Assembly: GCA_963704755.1 (NCBI GenBank)
Contig: OY969938.1
Location: 510,001-542,000, forward strand
DNA length: 32,000 bases
Reading direction: 5' to 3'
Origin: an uncultured Chloroflexia bacterium
GTDB lineage: Bacteria; Chloroflexota; Anaerolineae; Anaerolineales; Anaerolineaceae
Part shown: piece after piece, positions 1 through 8,637 of the stretch
Layout: each line of letters starts with the position of its first letter
Position numbering within the stretch: the stretch's first letter is position 1
Notes under the pieces: generated by a model
Seen by the model: the letters and a program-made list of their open reading frames with translations, nothing else
Database searches by the model: none
What the model was told of the DNA's origin: nothing
Program-made: the position numbers and the translations under genes

Positions 1-1
1 A

Positions 2-37
2 GGAAAAATACACCTGGTTCTGCGCCGCATGGCCTGA
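2..37 (+). CDS. 3' end of a probable DUF1257 (Ycf35-like) gene, truncated by the window edge
   Basis: Frame 2 reads GKIHLVLRRMA then TGA (35-37). This resembles the ...LVLRRW-type C-terminus I recall for DUF1257 proteins, which usually sit directly upstream of DUF2997 genes. Only 11 codons are visible. Confidence 0.3.
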   Translation, partial: GKIHLVLRRMA

Positions 38-60
38 GCCGGTCGAGGATTTAAGTAATC

Positions 61-270
61 ATGGATGTCCAGGAAATGGAAATCACAATCAGTAAAACCG
101 GCCAGGTGGAAGTGCATGTCCGTGGCGTAACGGGGCCGGCCTGCCTCGCACTGACCCACGACCTCGAAGAGGCCCTGGGCGGCCAGGTGATCCTGCGCCA
201 GATGACCCCTGAGGCGGGAGAAACCGTAGCCAATCCGGTGGACAACCGCTTGAACCTCAAAGGTGGTTAG
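61..270 (+). CDS. DUF2997-family small protein (69 aa)
   Basis: ATG 61, TAG 268-270. The pattern EMEITISKTGQVEVHVRGVTGPACLALTHDLEEALGG matches my memory of the DUF2997 family (beta-rich small protein with one conserved Cys). It starts 24 nt after the preceding stop. Confidence 0.7.
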   Translation: MDVQEMEITISKTGQVEVHVRGVTGPACLALTHDLEEALGGQVILRQMTPEAGETVANPVDNRLNLKGG

Positions 271-276
271 CGGATT

Positions 277-846
277 GTGAGGCAAGTTCGTTTACGTGTC
301 CATCATATCGAACCGGCCAGCCGGGTCAACGGGCCGGGTTTGCGAAGTGTCATCTGGACCCAGGGATGCAGCCTGGGCTGCCCGGGTTGTTTTAATCCGC
401 AGACTCATTCGATCCAGGGCGGTGATGAGATTGCCCCACGGGATTTAGCCGACAAGGCAATTGGCTATGCGCATAATATTGAGGGGGTCACGATCAGCGG
501 CGGCGAACCGCTCCAGCAAATTCGCCCGTTGGTCGAATTTCTGCGCATTTTACGGCCCAAATCCGCACTGTCGGTGATATTATTCAGTGGCTTTACCTGG
601 GACGAAATCCAGGCCATGCCACTTGGGCGAGAAATCCCCGGCCTGGTGGATGTGCTTATTGCCGGCCGATATATCGCCGCTCAAAACGTGGGCCATAACC
701 TGACCGGCTCTGCCAACAAAACGTTCCACTTCTTTTCGGAACGCTATACTATCGCCGACTTCACCGACCTTCCCGAGGCTGAAATCATCATTCTGCCCGA
801 TGGCGGAATTATCTCCAGCGGAATCGCACCGCTCCACCTGCGCTAA
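277..846 (+). CDS. NrdG/PflA-like radical-SAM activating enzyme (4Fe-4S single-cluster domain)
   Basis: GTG 277 preceded by AAGGTGG (260-266). NGPGLRSVIWTQGCSLGCPGCFNPQTH contains the CxxxCxxC radical-SAM cluster in the sequence context of glycyl-radical activases. GVTISGGEPLQQ is a SAM-binding GGE motif. 189 aa. Confidence 0.85.
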   Translation: MRQVRLRVHHIEPASRVNGPGLRSVIWTQGCSLGCPGCFNPQTHSIQGGDEIAPRDLADKAIGYAHNIEGVTISGGEPLQQIRPLVEFLRILRPKSALSVILFSGFTWDEIQAMPLGREIPGLVDVLIAGRYIAAQNVGHNLTGSANKTFHFFSERYTIADFTDLPEAEIIILPDGGIISSGIAPLHLR

Positions 847-850
847 TCGC

Positions 851-3097
851 ATGATCGATTCTGACGAACGCAATTTACTGTCCAATATCCTTGCCTCCAT
901 CCAACCGCCCGACGGCCTGGATGAGGCTTTCCATTTAAAGCTGTTGATGAAAGGCGCATTGGCTGCCTTGCAAGCCGACGGCGCACCCGAATCGGTTTTG
1001 ACCCTGGAACAAGCCGCGATCCATGCGCCCGTGCCCGAGATTAGCATCGAAGCCCTGGCCGGCTTGAAAACCCTGGTCGAAAAGGGATCGCGCGATGCCG
1101 TCGCTGCCCTGGCCCGCCTGGCGGTATATCAGGCCAAACCGGATGCCATCGCAGCCCTCAAAGATAAATCCCTCGATCTTACCGATCGTTCCTTGCAAGC
1201 TGCATTCCTTTTTCTTTTCACCTCTCTGGATGACTACACGCAGTTCGATCCGGATTATGAAACACTGGTGGGTTTTTACCTCACGCCTGAGAACAGCACT
1301 ATCCGCGAGCGCATCCGTAATTCAGCCAGCGCCCGCCATCTGGAAAACCTGGCCTGGATTCTGCTGTCCCTGGCCGAGCCCGGGCAGGACGTCCTCGAGC
1401 TGGTCGTCGATCTCTATCCTTCGATGACCCAGGCCGAACGTGATTTGGTCCTGCGCCGTTTTGGACAGTTCGCCCTGGCCGGTGACAGCCCCTTCCGCGA
1501 AGCGGTCTGCCGCCTGGCCATCGCCAGCGAGGAAAACCCCTTCCGCCCGTTTGCTCAGCAGTACGGCCTGGAACCCGAAGATCCCATCCAACGCGCCTTG
1601 TTCTTGTTCCTGACCGAACAGTGGGAACGATACGAGACGGTTGACTTTACCCATAAATACCTGGCCACGGCCTACAGCCTGTCTGACCCGGCCCAGCGGC
1701 GTAGAATTCTTTCTCAGGCTCGTTACGCCGGACAAATCGGATGGTTGGGCCAGGTCGCCCAGCTCCAGGATGTACGCTGGATCCGCGACTTGAGCGACGC
1801 CGACTGGCAATCGGTGGTTCGCCAACTGGTCGATGCGGGCCGCTGGCCTGAATTGTGGCAATTGAGCCAATCCGCACCCGCAGTCTGGTCGGTCGAAATA
1901 TTGAGCCGGCTGGATCAATCCGCTTGGCGGCCGGCAGACGGGGACGAAAGGGCCGGCTTCGCAGAAATTCTCGAGCTGGCCAAAGCCTGTGCTGGCGACC
2001 CGCTGCTCGTTCTGCCTATGCGCACCTTGAACACACCCGGCCAGGGTATCAACACCATCTGCGCCAATTCGGACGGTTCGCGGCTGGTGTGTGGCGGCTC
2101 CGACCCGGCGCTTTACCTTTGGGACATCAACGACCGCTCCTGGTTGCCCAAAAAAGTTCTCGGTCCGTCCGCACAGACTCGCAGCCTGGCTTTTAGCCCG
2201 GACGATGAGTACATCGTCAGCGCTTCCGGGGATAACACCATCCGGGTTTATCGTCGCAAGGACCTCTCCCTGGTCAAAACACTGGATGGCCACCAGGCCC
2301 TGGTCCGCAGCCTGCTCGTTCACCCGGATTCACGTACTCTTTTCAGCGCCTCCTTCGACGGAACACTGCGTGCCTGGAGGTTTCCGCTTGGGCCACAATT
2401 GAAGCAAATCAACCCGGCCGCCGGCGAACTCTTTTCCCAGGCGCTCTTCCCGGATTCGAACCTGCTCTGCGCCGCCGGTGCGGACGGCAGCCTGCGGGTG
2501 TGGAAATGGCCCGAGGCGATCCTCCTGCGGACCTTGGAAAGCGTCGACAGCCCGGTTATTCAACTGGCCAATGGCAAGGGCCAGTTGCTGGCCGGGTACA
2601 CCCGCGCAGGAAGCCTGCAGGTATGGAACATCACCAGCGGTAAGCGGGTTAACCAGGCTCAACTGAGCGATGTTCACCTGTCTGCGCTTATCATGGATTC
2701 AAATGAAGAGTGGCTGTATACTCAAGATACGGCCGGAACTATCAATATCGTGAGCATCTCCACGATGAAGGCCGCCGCTACTCTGCCAGGCCGTTATGGC
2801 AGCGCCGCCGGGCTGGCATTATTGAAAGAGAATAATATCCTGGCCAGTGCATCTGACAGCGGCGAAATCGTATTCTGGGACCTGAGCACATTCAACCTGG
2901 TCCACCAGCCAACCAGCAGTGATTTACCCGCGTCTCTCGAGCGAATCGGCGCACTATTGACCAATTCCAATCTGGTCCCATCCAATCGCCGCTGGCTGGA
3001 GTTCATTCAAAAATTAATAGAGTGGAAATCCCGTTTCGACATTCAAATCGCCGAACCCCAGCATCTGCAAGTTGGCGAATTTGATATCCAGCTCTGA
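851..3097 (+). CDS. Large helical-repeat + WD40 beta-propeller protein (748 aa)
   Basis: ATG 851 lies 4 nt after the radical-SAM stop and is preferred over the overlapping ATG at 800. The N-terminal ~400 aa are alpha-helical/HEAT-like. The C-terminal half has repeated WD40-type blades (LYLWD, IRVYR, LRAWRF, LRVWKW, LQVWN, IVFWDL). The tail is RFDIQIAEPQHLQVGEFDIQL. Confidence 0.85.
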   Translation: MIDSDERNLLSNILASIQPPDGLDEAFHLKLLMKGALAALQADGAPESVLTLEQAAIHAPVPEISIEALAGLKTLVEKGSRDAVAALARLAVYQAKPDAIAALKDKSLDLTDRSLQAAFLFLFTSLDDYTQFDPDYETLVGFYLTPENSTIRERIRNSASARHLENLAWILLSLAEPGQDVLELVVDLYPSMTQAERDLVLRRFGQFALAGDSPFREAVCRLAIASEENPFRPFAQQYGLEPEDPIQRALFLFLTEQWERYETVDFTHKYLATAYSLSDPAQRRRILSQARYAGQIGWLGQVAQLQDVRWIRDLSDADWQSVVRQLVDAGRWPELWQLSQSAPAVWSVEILSRLDQSAWRPADGDERAGFAEILELAKACAGDPLLVLPMRTLNTPGQGINTICANSDGSRLVCGGSDPALYLWDINDRSWLPKKVLGPSAQTRSLAFSPDDEYIVSASGDNTIRVYRRKDLSLVKTLDGHQALVRSLLVHPDSRTLFSASFDGTLRAWRFPLGPQLKQINPAAGELFSQALFPDSNLLCAAGADGSLRVWKWPEAILLRTLESVDSPVIQLANGKGQLLAGYTRAGSLQVWNITSGKRVNQAQLSDVHLSALIMDSNEEWLYTQDTAGTINIVSISTMKAAATLPGRYGSAAGLALLKENNILASASDSGEIVFWDLSTFNLVHQPTSSDLPASLERIGALLTNSNLVPSNRRWLEFIQKLIEWKSRFDIQIAEPQHLQVGEFDIQL

Positions 3098-3146
3098 TTC
3101 ACACGGGGATTAAACAAGCTAACCGTATTTCCACTGTGAGGTTTCA

Positions 3147-4424
3147 TTGAAGATTCCAAAAATCTGGTCGAGCCCTCCCGGCTCAGACCCTGTTCAAAAG
3201 AAGAATTATCTCAACTCCCAGGTTGACGCGATCGGCGTTGCGTTTGGGAACGCCGCCACGCCTTTTTTACCCGTATTTCTAACCCGCCTGGGTGCAAGCG
3301 CTTTCGAAGTAAGCCTGCTGACTTCCATGCCGGCCATGGCCGGCTTGTTGTTGACCGTTCCATTGGGCCAATTCCTGCAAAACCAGAAGAATGTTGCCCC
3401 CTGGTATACGTCCACACGCACGATTTCACTCCTTTTCTACGGTTTGACCGGCGCTTTGGCGATATTTTTACACGGCAACGCCTTGATCATTGGCATCCTG
3501 GCCATTTGGGCATTGGCCACTGTGCCCCAGGCTGTGGTCAACATCACCTTTTCTGTGGTCATGAACGCTGTGGCCGGCCCGCACCTGCGCCTGGACCTGT
3601 TGATGCGGCGCTGGTCGATTTTAGGGGTGACCACCGCGGTCATGTTCCTGGTCACCGGCCAGATTTTGGAACGCATCCGTTTCCCATTGAATTACGAGAT
3701 TGCTTTCCTGATTTTAGGCCTGGGCGGATTTATCAGCTATTATTTTTCGTCCAAAATACACCTGGGTGATATTCAATCTCACCGCCAAGCAACACGCTTG
3801 AAGATGCGCGAGCAGCTCAAGGAATACATGCGGCTCGTCAGCCGCGAAAAACCTTTCCAAACTTTCGTCTTGCGACGGTTTGTGGTGCTTTCGGGTTCAT
3901 CTTTGATCTTGCCCATCTTCCCGCTCTATCTGGTCAAGGTTGTCCATGCCAGCGACGCGTGGATCGCGATCATCAATACCGTCCAAACGGCAATCGTGAT
4001 CCTGGGTTATTTCTTTTGGACCAACCAGTCCCGCCACCGCGGGACCCGCCCGGTGCTGCTCTGGACCACCTTTGGCACCGCGTTCTATCCCATCCTGGTC
4101 GCCTTTACCCAAAGTGCCGCGGTGATCACCGTCATCGGCGGGTTGTACGGAATTTTTCTGGCCGGCCTGAACCTGGTTTTCTTCGATGAATTGATGAAAA
4201 CCGTCCCAACCGAATACAGCTCCACTTTCGTGGCCCTGGCCCAGGGTATCCAGTATTTTTCATCCATCCTGGCGCCCATATTGGGTACGATCATCGCGGA
4301 TCAAGTCAGCCTGTCGGCTGCTTTGATCACCGGAGGCACCCTGCAATTAATTGGGTTCGCTATGTTCTTCTTTGGCAAACCGGCTGCATCGATGGTGCCG
4401 GCTAAGAACTTGATCGAAGGATAA
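3147..4424 (+). CDS. MFS transporter
   Basis: TTG start with GTGAGG 6 nt upstream. 425 aa with about 12 hydrophobic segments in two 6-TM halves joined by a charged loop (RQATRLKMREQLKEYMRLVSREKP). Confidence 0.8.
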   Translation: MKIPKIWSSPPGSDPVQKKNYLNSQVDAIGVAFGNAATPFLPVFLTRLGASAFEVSLLTSMPAMAGLLLTVPLGQFLQNQKNVAPWYTSTRTISLLFYGLTGALAIFLHGNALIIGILAIWALATVPQAVVNITFSVVMNAVAGPHLRLDLLMRRWSILGVTTAVMFLVTGQILERIRFPLNYEIAFLILGLGGFISYYFSSKIHLGDIQSHRQATRLKMREQLKEYMRLVSREKPFQTFVLRRFVVLSGSSLILPIFPLYLVKVVHASDAWIAIINTVQTAIVILGYFFWTNQSRHRGTRPVLLWTTFGTAFYPILVAFTQSAAVITVIGGLYGIFLAGLNLVFFDELMKTVPTEYSSTFVALAQGIQYFSSILAPILGTIIADQVSLSAALITGGTLQLIGFAMFFFGKPAASMVPAKNLIEG

Positions 4425-4425
4425 A

Positions 4426-5151
4426 TCAGGTGATTAATTCATCCGGCAGGAACGATGTCCGGTTATGGTAAACCATAGAAACACCTTCGTTGAAAAAGTC
4501 AAACCGGCTGATCGCGCAGTTGTTCATCTCGAACCACATCTTCGGAGAGGCTTCCATATTCAAAATAGACCCAACCAGGTGGTTATAGAAACCCCCGTGG
4601 CTGAAAAATGCTACCCGGTCCTCGCTTTTGCCGTGCTTTTCTAACAGCCAGGCCAGAACCCGCCTGCCGCGCTCTGGCCGGCTTTCCCTGACCTCGAAAG
4701 GCCGGTTCCACCACCCCGCTCAATTCAAACCCTCCGGGAGAATAAGGCGCGGAAAAGCCTCTCTCAATTGCCGGGGAGTTTTTCCGGGTTGGCCAACCAG
4801 CTCGCCGGTAGAGGGATCTTCCAGGTAAATTCCGCCCCCTTCGTAGATATCGGCCAGGCCGTAAATCGGCAGGTCCAATCGTTCGGCAACCTGATTGGCT
4901 GTGGCAAGGGCTCGCCACATCAAACTGGAATACAGGTGAGTCAGTTGGAAGCCCCTGGCGTTGGCCGGGTCATGCAACAGATAACTCTTTTGGGTAGCCG
5001 TACCGGAAGACAGGTAACCGGCCAATAATTCTGCTTGCTCGACACCGAGTGGTGAAAGAATGGGGTCTTCTGAACGGTTCACTTCTCTGCCCGTCTCAAC
5101 CCACAATCGGTTATTCTCGGATTGTCCGTGACGAATGTAATAAAGCTGCAT
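4426..5151 (-). pseudogene. Histidine phosphatase (phosphoglycerate-mutase-like) family gene interrupted by an in-frame TGA
   Basis: The N-terminal 143 aa carry the RHG motif (YYIRHGQSENN). TGA at 4720-4722 (minus strand) is followed in the same frame by 97 more codons, AGWWNRPFEV...AFFSHGGFYNHL...LPDELIT, with a stop at 4426-4428. That part holds the second catalytic His (SHGG). I verified the frame codon by codon. Confidence 0.85.
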
Positions 5152-5366
5152 AATCTTTCTTGTCGCTCCTCCGCCCGTACAGTTACCGGCCTGTTTTACT
5201 GGAAAAGACTGAGAAGCTGCCTTCTATGGCGAATTCAATTTTTGTGGTTCCGTTTGGGTCTCAGGAAAAACCCAAACCCAATTATTATACCTAAATAAAA
5301 CGCAACTAATCGGCCTTCCATTAAAATTCCCCGATTCCCAAACCGGCCTGAGCAGTAAAAGCAGGT

Positions 5367-5375
5367 TGGTACAAT
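5367..5375 (+). promoter_or_regulatory. Candidate extended -10 promoter element (TGgTACAAT)
   Basis: TGGTACAAT lies 33 nt upstream of ATG 5408. No convincing -35 was seen. Confidence 0.3.
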
Positions 5376-5407
5376 CCCTGGCTCAAACTGACGTTAAAAA
5401 TAAAAGC

Positions 5408-6133
5408 ATGAGCCAGATTACCCTCCAGTTTTTCGGCGCATTACGCTATTTCTTGCCGGCCAGTCGGGCCGGTGGTCCTTTCGATTATGCCTTCGACCAG
5501 AAAATCTCGATCAAGCACATCATCGAATCGTGCGGCGTGCCTCACCCGGAAGTCGGAGTAATCCGGGCGAACGATAAACCGGTGGATCTGTCTTATCATG
5601 TCCAACCCGGCGATTCGATCCTGGTTTTCCCCATCGAAACCGGTCAGGTCGAGTCCACTGAGCCGGCCCGTTTCGTTCTGGATAATCACCTGGGTAAGTT
5701 AGCCGATTACTTGCGCCTGCTCGGTTTCGACACCCTATACCATTCCGAATGGGATGACGAGCAACTCGCCCAGGTCGCCTTCGACCAGTCCCGCATCCTG
5801 CTCACCCGCGACCGTGGGTTGTTAAAACGCAAGATCGTCACGCGCGGATATTGTGTGCGCCATGATCTGCCCGACGACCAGGTCGAAGAAGTCATCCGCC
5901 AATTTGGGCTTACCGGCCAGGTCACCCCTTTTATTCGCTGCCCGCGTTGCAATGGGCTCCTCGCCAGTGTTGAAAAAAGTGCTATCATAGACCGGTTGCA
6001 GCCTCTCACCTGCCGCTTTTACGACGAATTCACCCAATGCCAGGATTGTGGCCAGATTTACTGGAAAGGATCCCACTACCAGCGTATGCAGCCCTTCATC
6101 GAACGATACAGCCCACCCGGAGCAGTGAAATGA
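5408..6133 (+). CDS. Mut7-C RNase domain protein with N-terminal ubiquitin-like (Ub-Mut7C) domain
   Basis: MSQITLQFFGALRYFLP...PGDSILVFP is a ThiS/MoaD-like beta-grasp. FVLDNHLGKLADYLRLLGFDT...LLTRD is the PIN-like Mut7-C core. C-terminal Zn ribbon: CPRCNG...CQDCGQIYWKGSH. ATG 5408 is preferred over TTG 5366, which lies inside the putative promoter. Confidence 0.85.
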   Translation: MSQITLQFFGALRYFLPASRAGGPFDYAFDQKISIKHIIESCGVPHPEVGVIRANDKPVDLSYHVQPGDSILVFPIETGQVESTEPARFVLDNHLGKLADYLRLLGFDTLYHSEWDDEQLAQVAFDQSRILLTRDRGLLKRKIVTRGYCVRHDLPDDQVEEVIRQFGLTGQVTPFIRCPRCNGLLASVEKSAIIDRLQPLTCRFYDEFTQCQDCGQIYWKGSHYQRMQPFIERYSPPGAVK

Positions 6134-7155
6134 CGGCCGGGCCTATTCTGCCGGTCGGAAAACTCCCTGCTGAGTTATTAGCCCAATTGATCGCCTCCTT
6201 GCCTTCGCAGGGAGAACGGGTAGCTTTAGGCCCGGGCATCGGCCTGGACTGCGCCGTACTCGAATTTGGAGATACCTGCCTGGTATTGAAAGCCGAGCCG
6301 ATTACCTTCGCCAGTCAAGAGATCGGCTGGTACGCCGTCCAAATCGCAGTCAACGATATCGTCACCACCGGAGCCGTTCCACGCTGGATGATGTTAACTG
6401 CTTTGCTGCCAGAAGGCAAAACGACACCCGAATCTGTGGCCGAAATTAGCCGCCAGGTAGCCAAGAGTTGCCGGGAATTAAGTATCGCCCTCATCGGCGG
6501 CCATACCGAAATCACTTACGGCATCGACCGGCCGATCCTGGTGACCAACATGATCGGGGAAGTCGCGCGTAAGGGCCTGATCACTCCACGCGGTGCCCTG
6601 CCCGGCGACCATTTGCTGCTGACCAAAGGCATCCCGATTGAAGCAACGGCCTTGCTCTCCCGTGAATTTCCCGAGCGGCTGGCCGGCATCCTTAGCCCGC
6701 AGGAAATCGCAGAGGCCCAGGGGTTCTTGTACAAACCGGGCATCAGCGTGCACCTGGACGCGCAGATCGCCGCCGCCAGCGGCGGTGTCCATGCCATGCA
6801 TGATCCTACGGAAGGCGGCCTGGCCACCGCATTGTGGGAGCTGGCCACGGCCAGCCAGCGCAGCCTGAGAGTCGATTTATCCGCAGTTCCCATCCCGCCT
6901 CTCTCGGCTAAGGTCTGCCAGGCCTTTGGCCTGGACCCGCTCGGGACGATCGCTTCGGGGGCATTGTTGTTAGCCTGCGATCCGCAAAAATCCGAGCGCA
7001 TCTTGAACGAGCTGCACCAGCAAGGGATTGCCGGCTCGATTATCGGTGAAGTGGCCGAGGGCCCGGCCAATGTCATCGCCAGGTGCGAGACCGGCTGGGA
7101 ACCGCTAAAAAAATATACCCGGGATGAGATCACCCGAGTGTATGAAAAACCATAA
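6130..7155 (+). CDS. AIR synthase-related (PurM/HypE/SelD superfamily) protein
   Basis: ATG 6130 overlaps the Mut7-C stop (ATGA). GPGIGLDCAVL, AVNDIVTTGA and GGHTE are typical PurM-fold ATP-binding motifs. There is no N-terminal Cys/Sec loop as found in true SelD. Confidence 0.8.
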   Translation: MTAGPILPVGKLPAELLAQLIASLPSQGERVALGPGIGLDCAVLEFGDTCLVLKAEPITFASQEIGWYAVQIAVNDIVTTGAVPRWMMLTALLPEGKTTPESVAEISRQVAKSCRELSIALIGGHTEITYGIDRPILVTNMIGEVARKGLITPRGALPGDHLLLTKGIPIEATALLSREFPERLAGILSPQEIAEAQGFLYKPGISVHLDAQIAAASGGVHAMHDPTEGGLATALWELATASQRSLRVDLSAVPIPPLSAKVCQAFGLDPLGTIASGALLLACDPQKSERILNELHQQGIAGSIIGEVAEGPANVIARCETGWEPLKKYTRDEITRVYEKP

Positions 7156-7169
7156 TTCGAGGGGAATCA

Positions 7170-8159
7170 ATGGGTGTACTCCTTTCCGTTTTCTTTGGCT
7201 ACGTTCCGATGCTGCTTTTCGCATGCTTTGTATACTGGCTGGACCGGTTCGAAAAGGAGCCCAAAGCGCTCATCCGTGGAGCCTTTATCTGGGGTGCGGT
7301 GATCGCTGCTGGCGGAGCCTTCATCTTCAATACCGGTATCGATGTCGGTATCATGGCCCTAACCGGCTCCCCGGACCTGGCCGAGCTCTCCACCAGTTCG
7401 TTAGTCGCTCCGGTGATCGAAGAAACGTTAAAGGCCCTGGCGGTCGTCATTGTGTATCTCTTCTTTCATAATGAATTCGACTCGATTCTGGATGGCATCA
7501 TTTACGCCGCGATCACTGCCTTAGGTTTTGCCGCCACAGAAAACGCCTACTATATTTACAACCTGGGTTATTTGCAAAACGGGATAAATGGCATTTTGTC
7601 GCTGGCTTTCGTGCGGGTAATCCTGGTCGGCTGGCAGCATCCCTTTTTTACATCGTTTTTTGGAATTGGGTTGGCCGCTGCACGGATGGAGAAAAACCGC
7701 GGCCTGAAAATCCTGTATACCGTGCTCGGTTTTACCGCGGCCGTGTTTACTCATTCGCTGCACAATACGATCTCCGAACTGCTGCCCGGTTCGTCAGGAT
7801 TTGTCATCGGCAGTGTCGTCGATTGGAGCGGTTGGATTTTCATGTTCCTCTTCGTCTTATTTATGATCAACCGCGAAAAACGCCTGATCAAGATCGAACT
7901 AGCAGAAGAGGTGGGCCTGGGCATCTTGAACGATCGCCAATACCGCACCTCCTATTCTGGGTTCAACCGTTTTTCGATCGGCCTGGCCACCCTGGGTACC
8001 GCGCAATATCGTGACACGCGCCAGTTCTACCAACTGTGTGGTGAACTGGCCCACAAAAAGAATCAACTGGCCCACATGGGCGACGAAAGCGGAAACGTCT
8101 CCATCATCGCCAATTTGCGCGGCGAACTGGCGCGTCTATCGCCGGTTGTTCGGGGATAG
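7170..8159 (+). CDS. PrsW-family intramembrane metalloprotease
   Basis: Multi-TM protein with WLDRFEKEP, APVIEETLKAL (EExxK), FAATENAYY and HSLHN motifs characteristic of PrsW. Confidence 0.85.
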   Translation: MGVLLSVFFGYVPMLLFACFVYWLDRFEKEPKALIRGAFIWGAVIAAGGAFIFNTGIDVGIMALTGSPDLAELSTSSLVAPVIEETLKALAVVIVYLFFHNEFDSILDGIIYAAITALGFAATENAYYIYNLGYLQNGINGILSLAFVRVILVGWQHPFFTSFFGIGLAAARMEKNRGLKILYTVLGFTAAVFTHSLHNTISELLPGSSGFVIGSVVDWSGWIFMFLFVLFMINREKRLIKIELAEEVGLGILNDRQYRTSYSGFNRFSIGLATLGTAQYRDTRQFYQLCGELAHKKNQLAHMGDESGNVSIIANLRGELARLSPVVRG

Positions 8160-8274
8160 GGAATAAAGTAATTGTGCGCGCTGAACCTGGGTATACATCT
8201 TGAATTTTCGCCGGAAGGCGAAAAAATTTCCGCCCGAACATCCATTTCATGGTAAAATTCTGCCCGTAATAAAT

Positions 8275-8346
8275 GCGCCCGTAGTGAAGTGGATATCACA
8301 TTACCCTCCGAAGGTAAGAGCCCGAGTTCGAGTCTCGGCGGGCGCA
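8275..8346 (+). tRNA. tRNA-Arg(CCG): tRNA-Arg (anticodon CCG)
   Basis: Cloverleaf folded by hand. Acceptor GCGCCCG/CGGGCGC, D-stem GTGA/TCAC, anticodon stem TTACC/GGTAA with loop CTCCGAA, T-arm CCGAG-TTCGAGT-CTCGG, discriminator A. CCA is not encoded. Confidence 0.9.
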
Positions 8347-8637
8347 CAAAACATTTCCTTAAGAGTTCCAATTTGGGGCTCTTTATTATTTGGATCAGTT
8401 ATTGTAACTGCTCAACCACGGCTAAGTTTGTTGGGCGAATAGCCAATTGTCTTTTATTGCATTCCGACTAAAAGTTAATAAATTACTTATAATTCTCTGG
8501 TATATATAATGAATAACTCTATCCAATGTTTACCGTGGGTTAATCGGGCCTGGATGGATGTTATGCAGAAAGAGAAATAATCATCACGGGCAATGCCTGC
8601 GGATTGTTCGCGGCAGGCATGCAAGGAGAATGTTCAA

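Noticed and set aside
800-850. Upstream start for the WD40 gene
   Set aside because: It would overlap the radical-SAM gene by 47 nt. ATG 851, 4 nt after that stop, gives a compact coupled arrangement.
1322-2323. Long antisense or overlapping ORFs (also 6516-7133, 10813-11394, 12706-13182, 19005-20087, 19906-20685, 21002-21715, 22282-23052, 23576-24124, 26908-27405)
   Set aside because: They are shadow ORFs opposite or overlapping well-supported genes in GC-rich DNA. Their translations are Arg/Pro/Gly-rich and low in complexity, with no recognisable motifs.
4720-4722. Selenocysteine codon
   Set aside because: A SECIS-like hairpin is present, but there is no Cys/redox motif at the site, I know of no selenoprotein in this family, and no Sec machinery is in the window. 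It is kept only as a low-probability alternative in the finding.
6037-6129. N-terminal extensions from the ORF track (6037 for the AIR-synthase-like gene; likewise 5366 for Mut7-C, 13191 for TrmH-like, 24675 for DinB)
   Set aside because: They overlap upstream genes or promoter-like sequence. Internal ATGs with an SD or an ATGA overlap match the conserved family N-termini.
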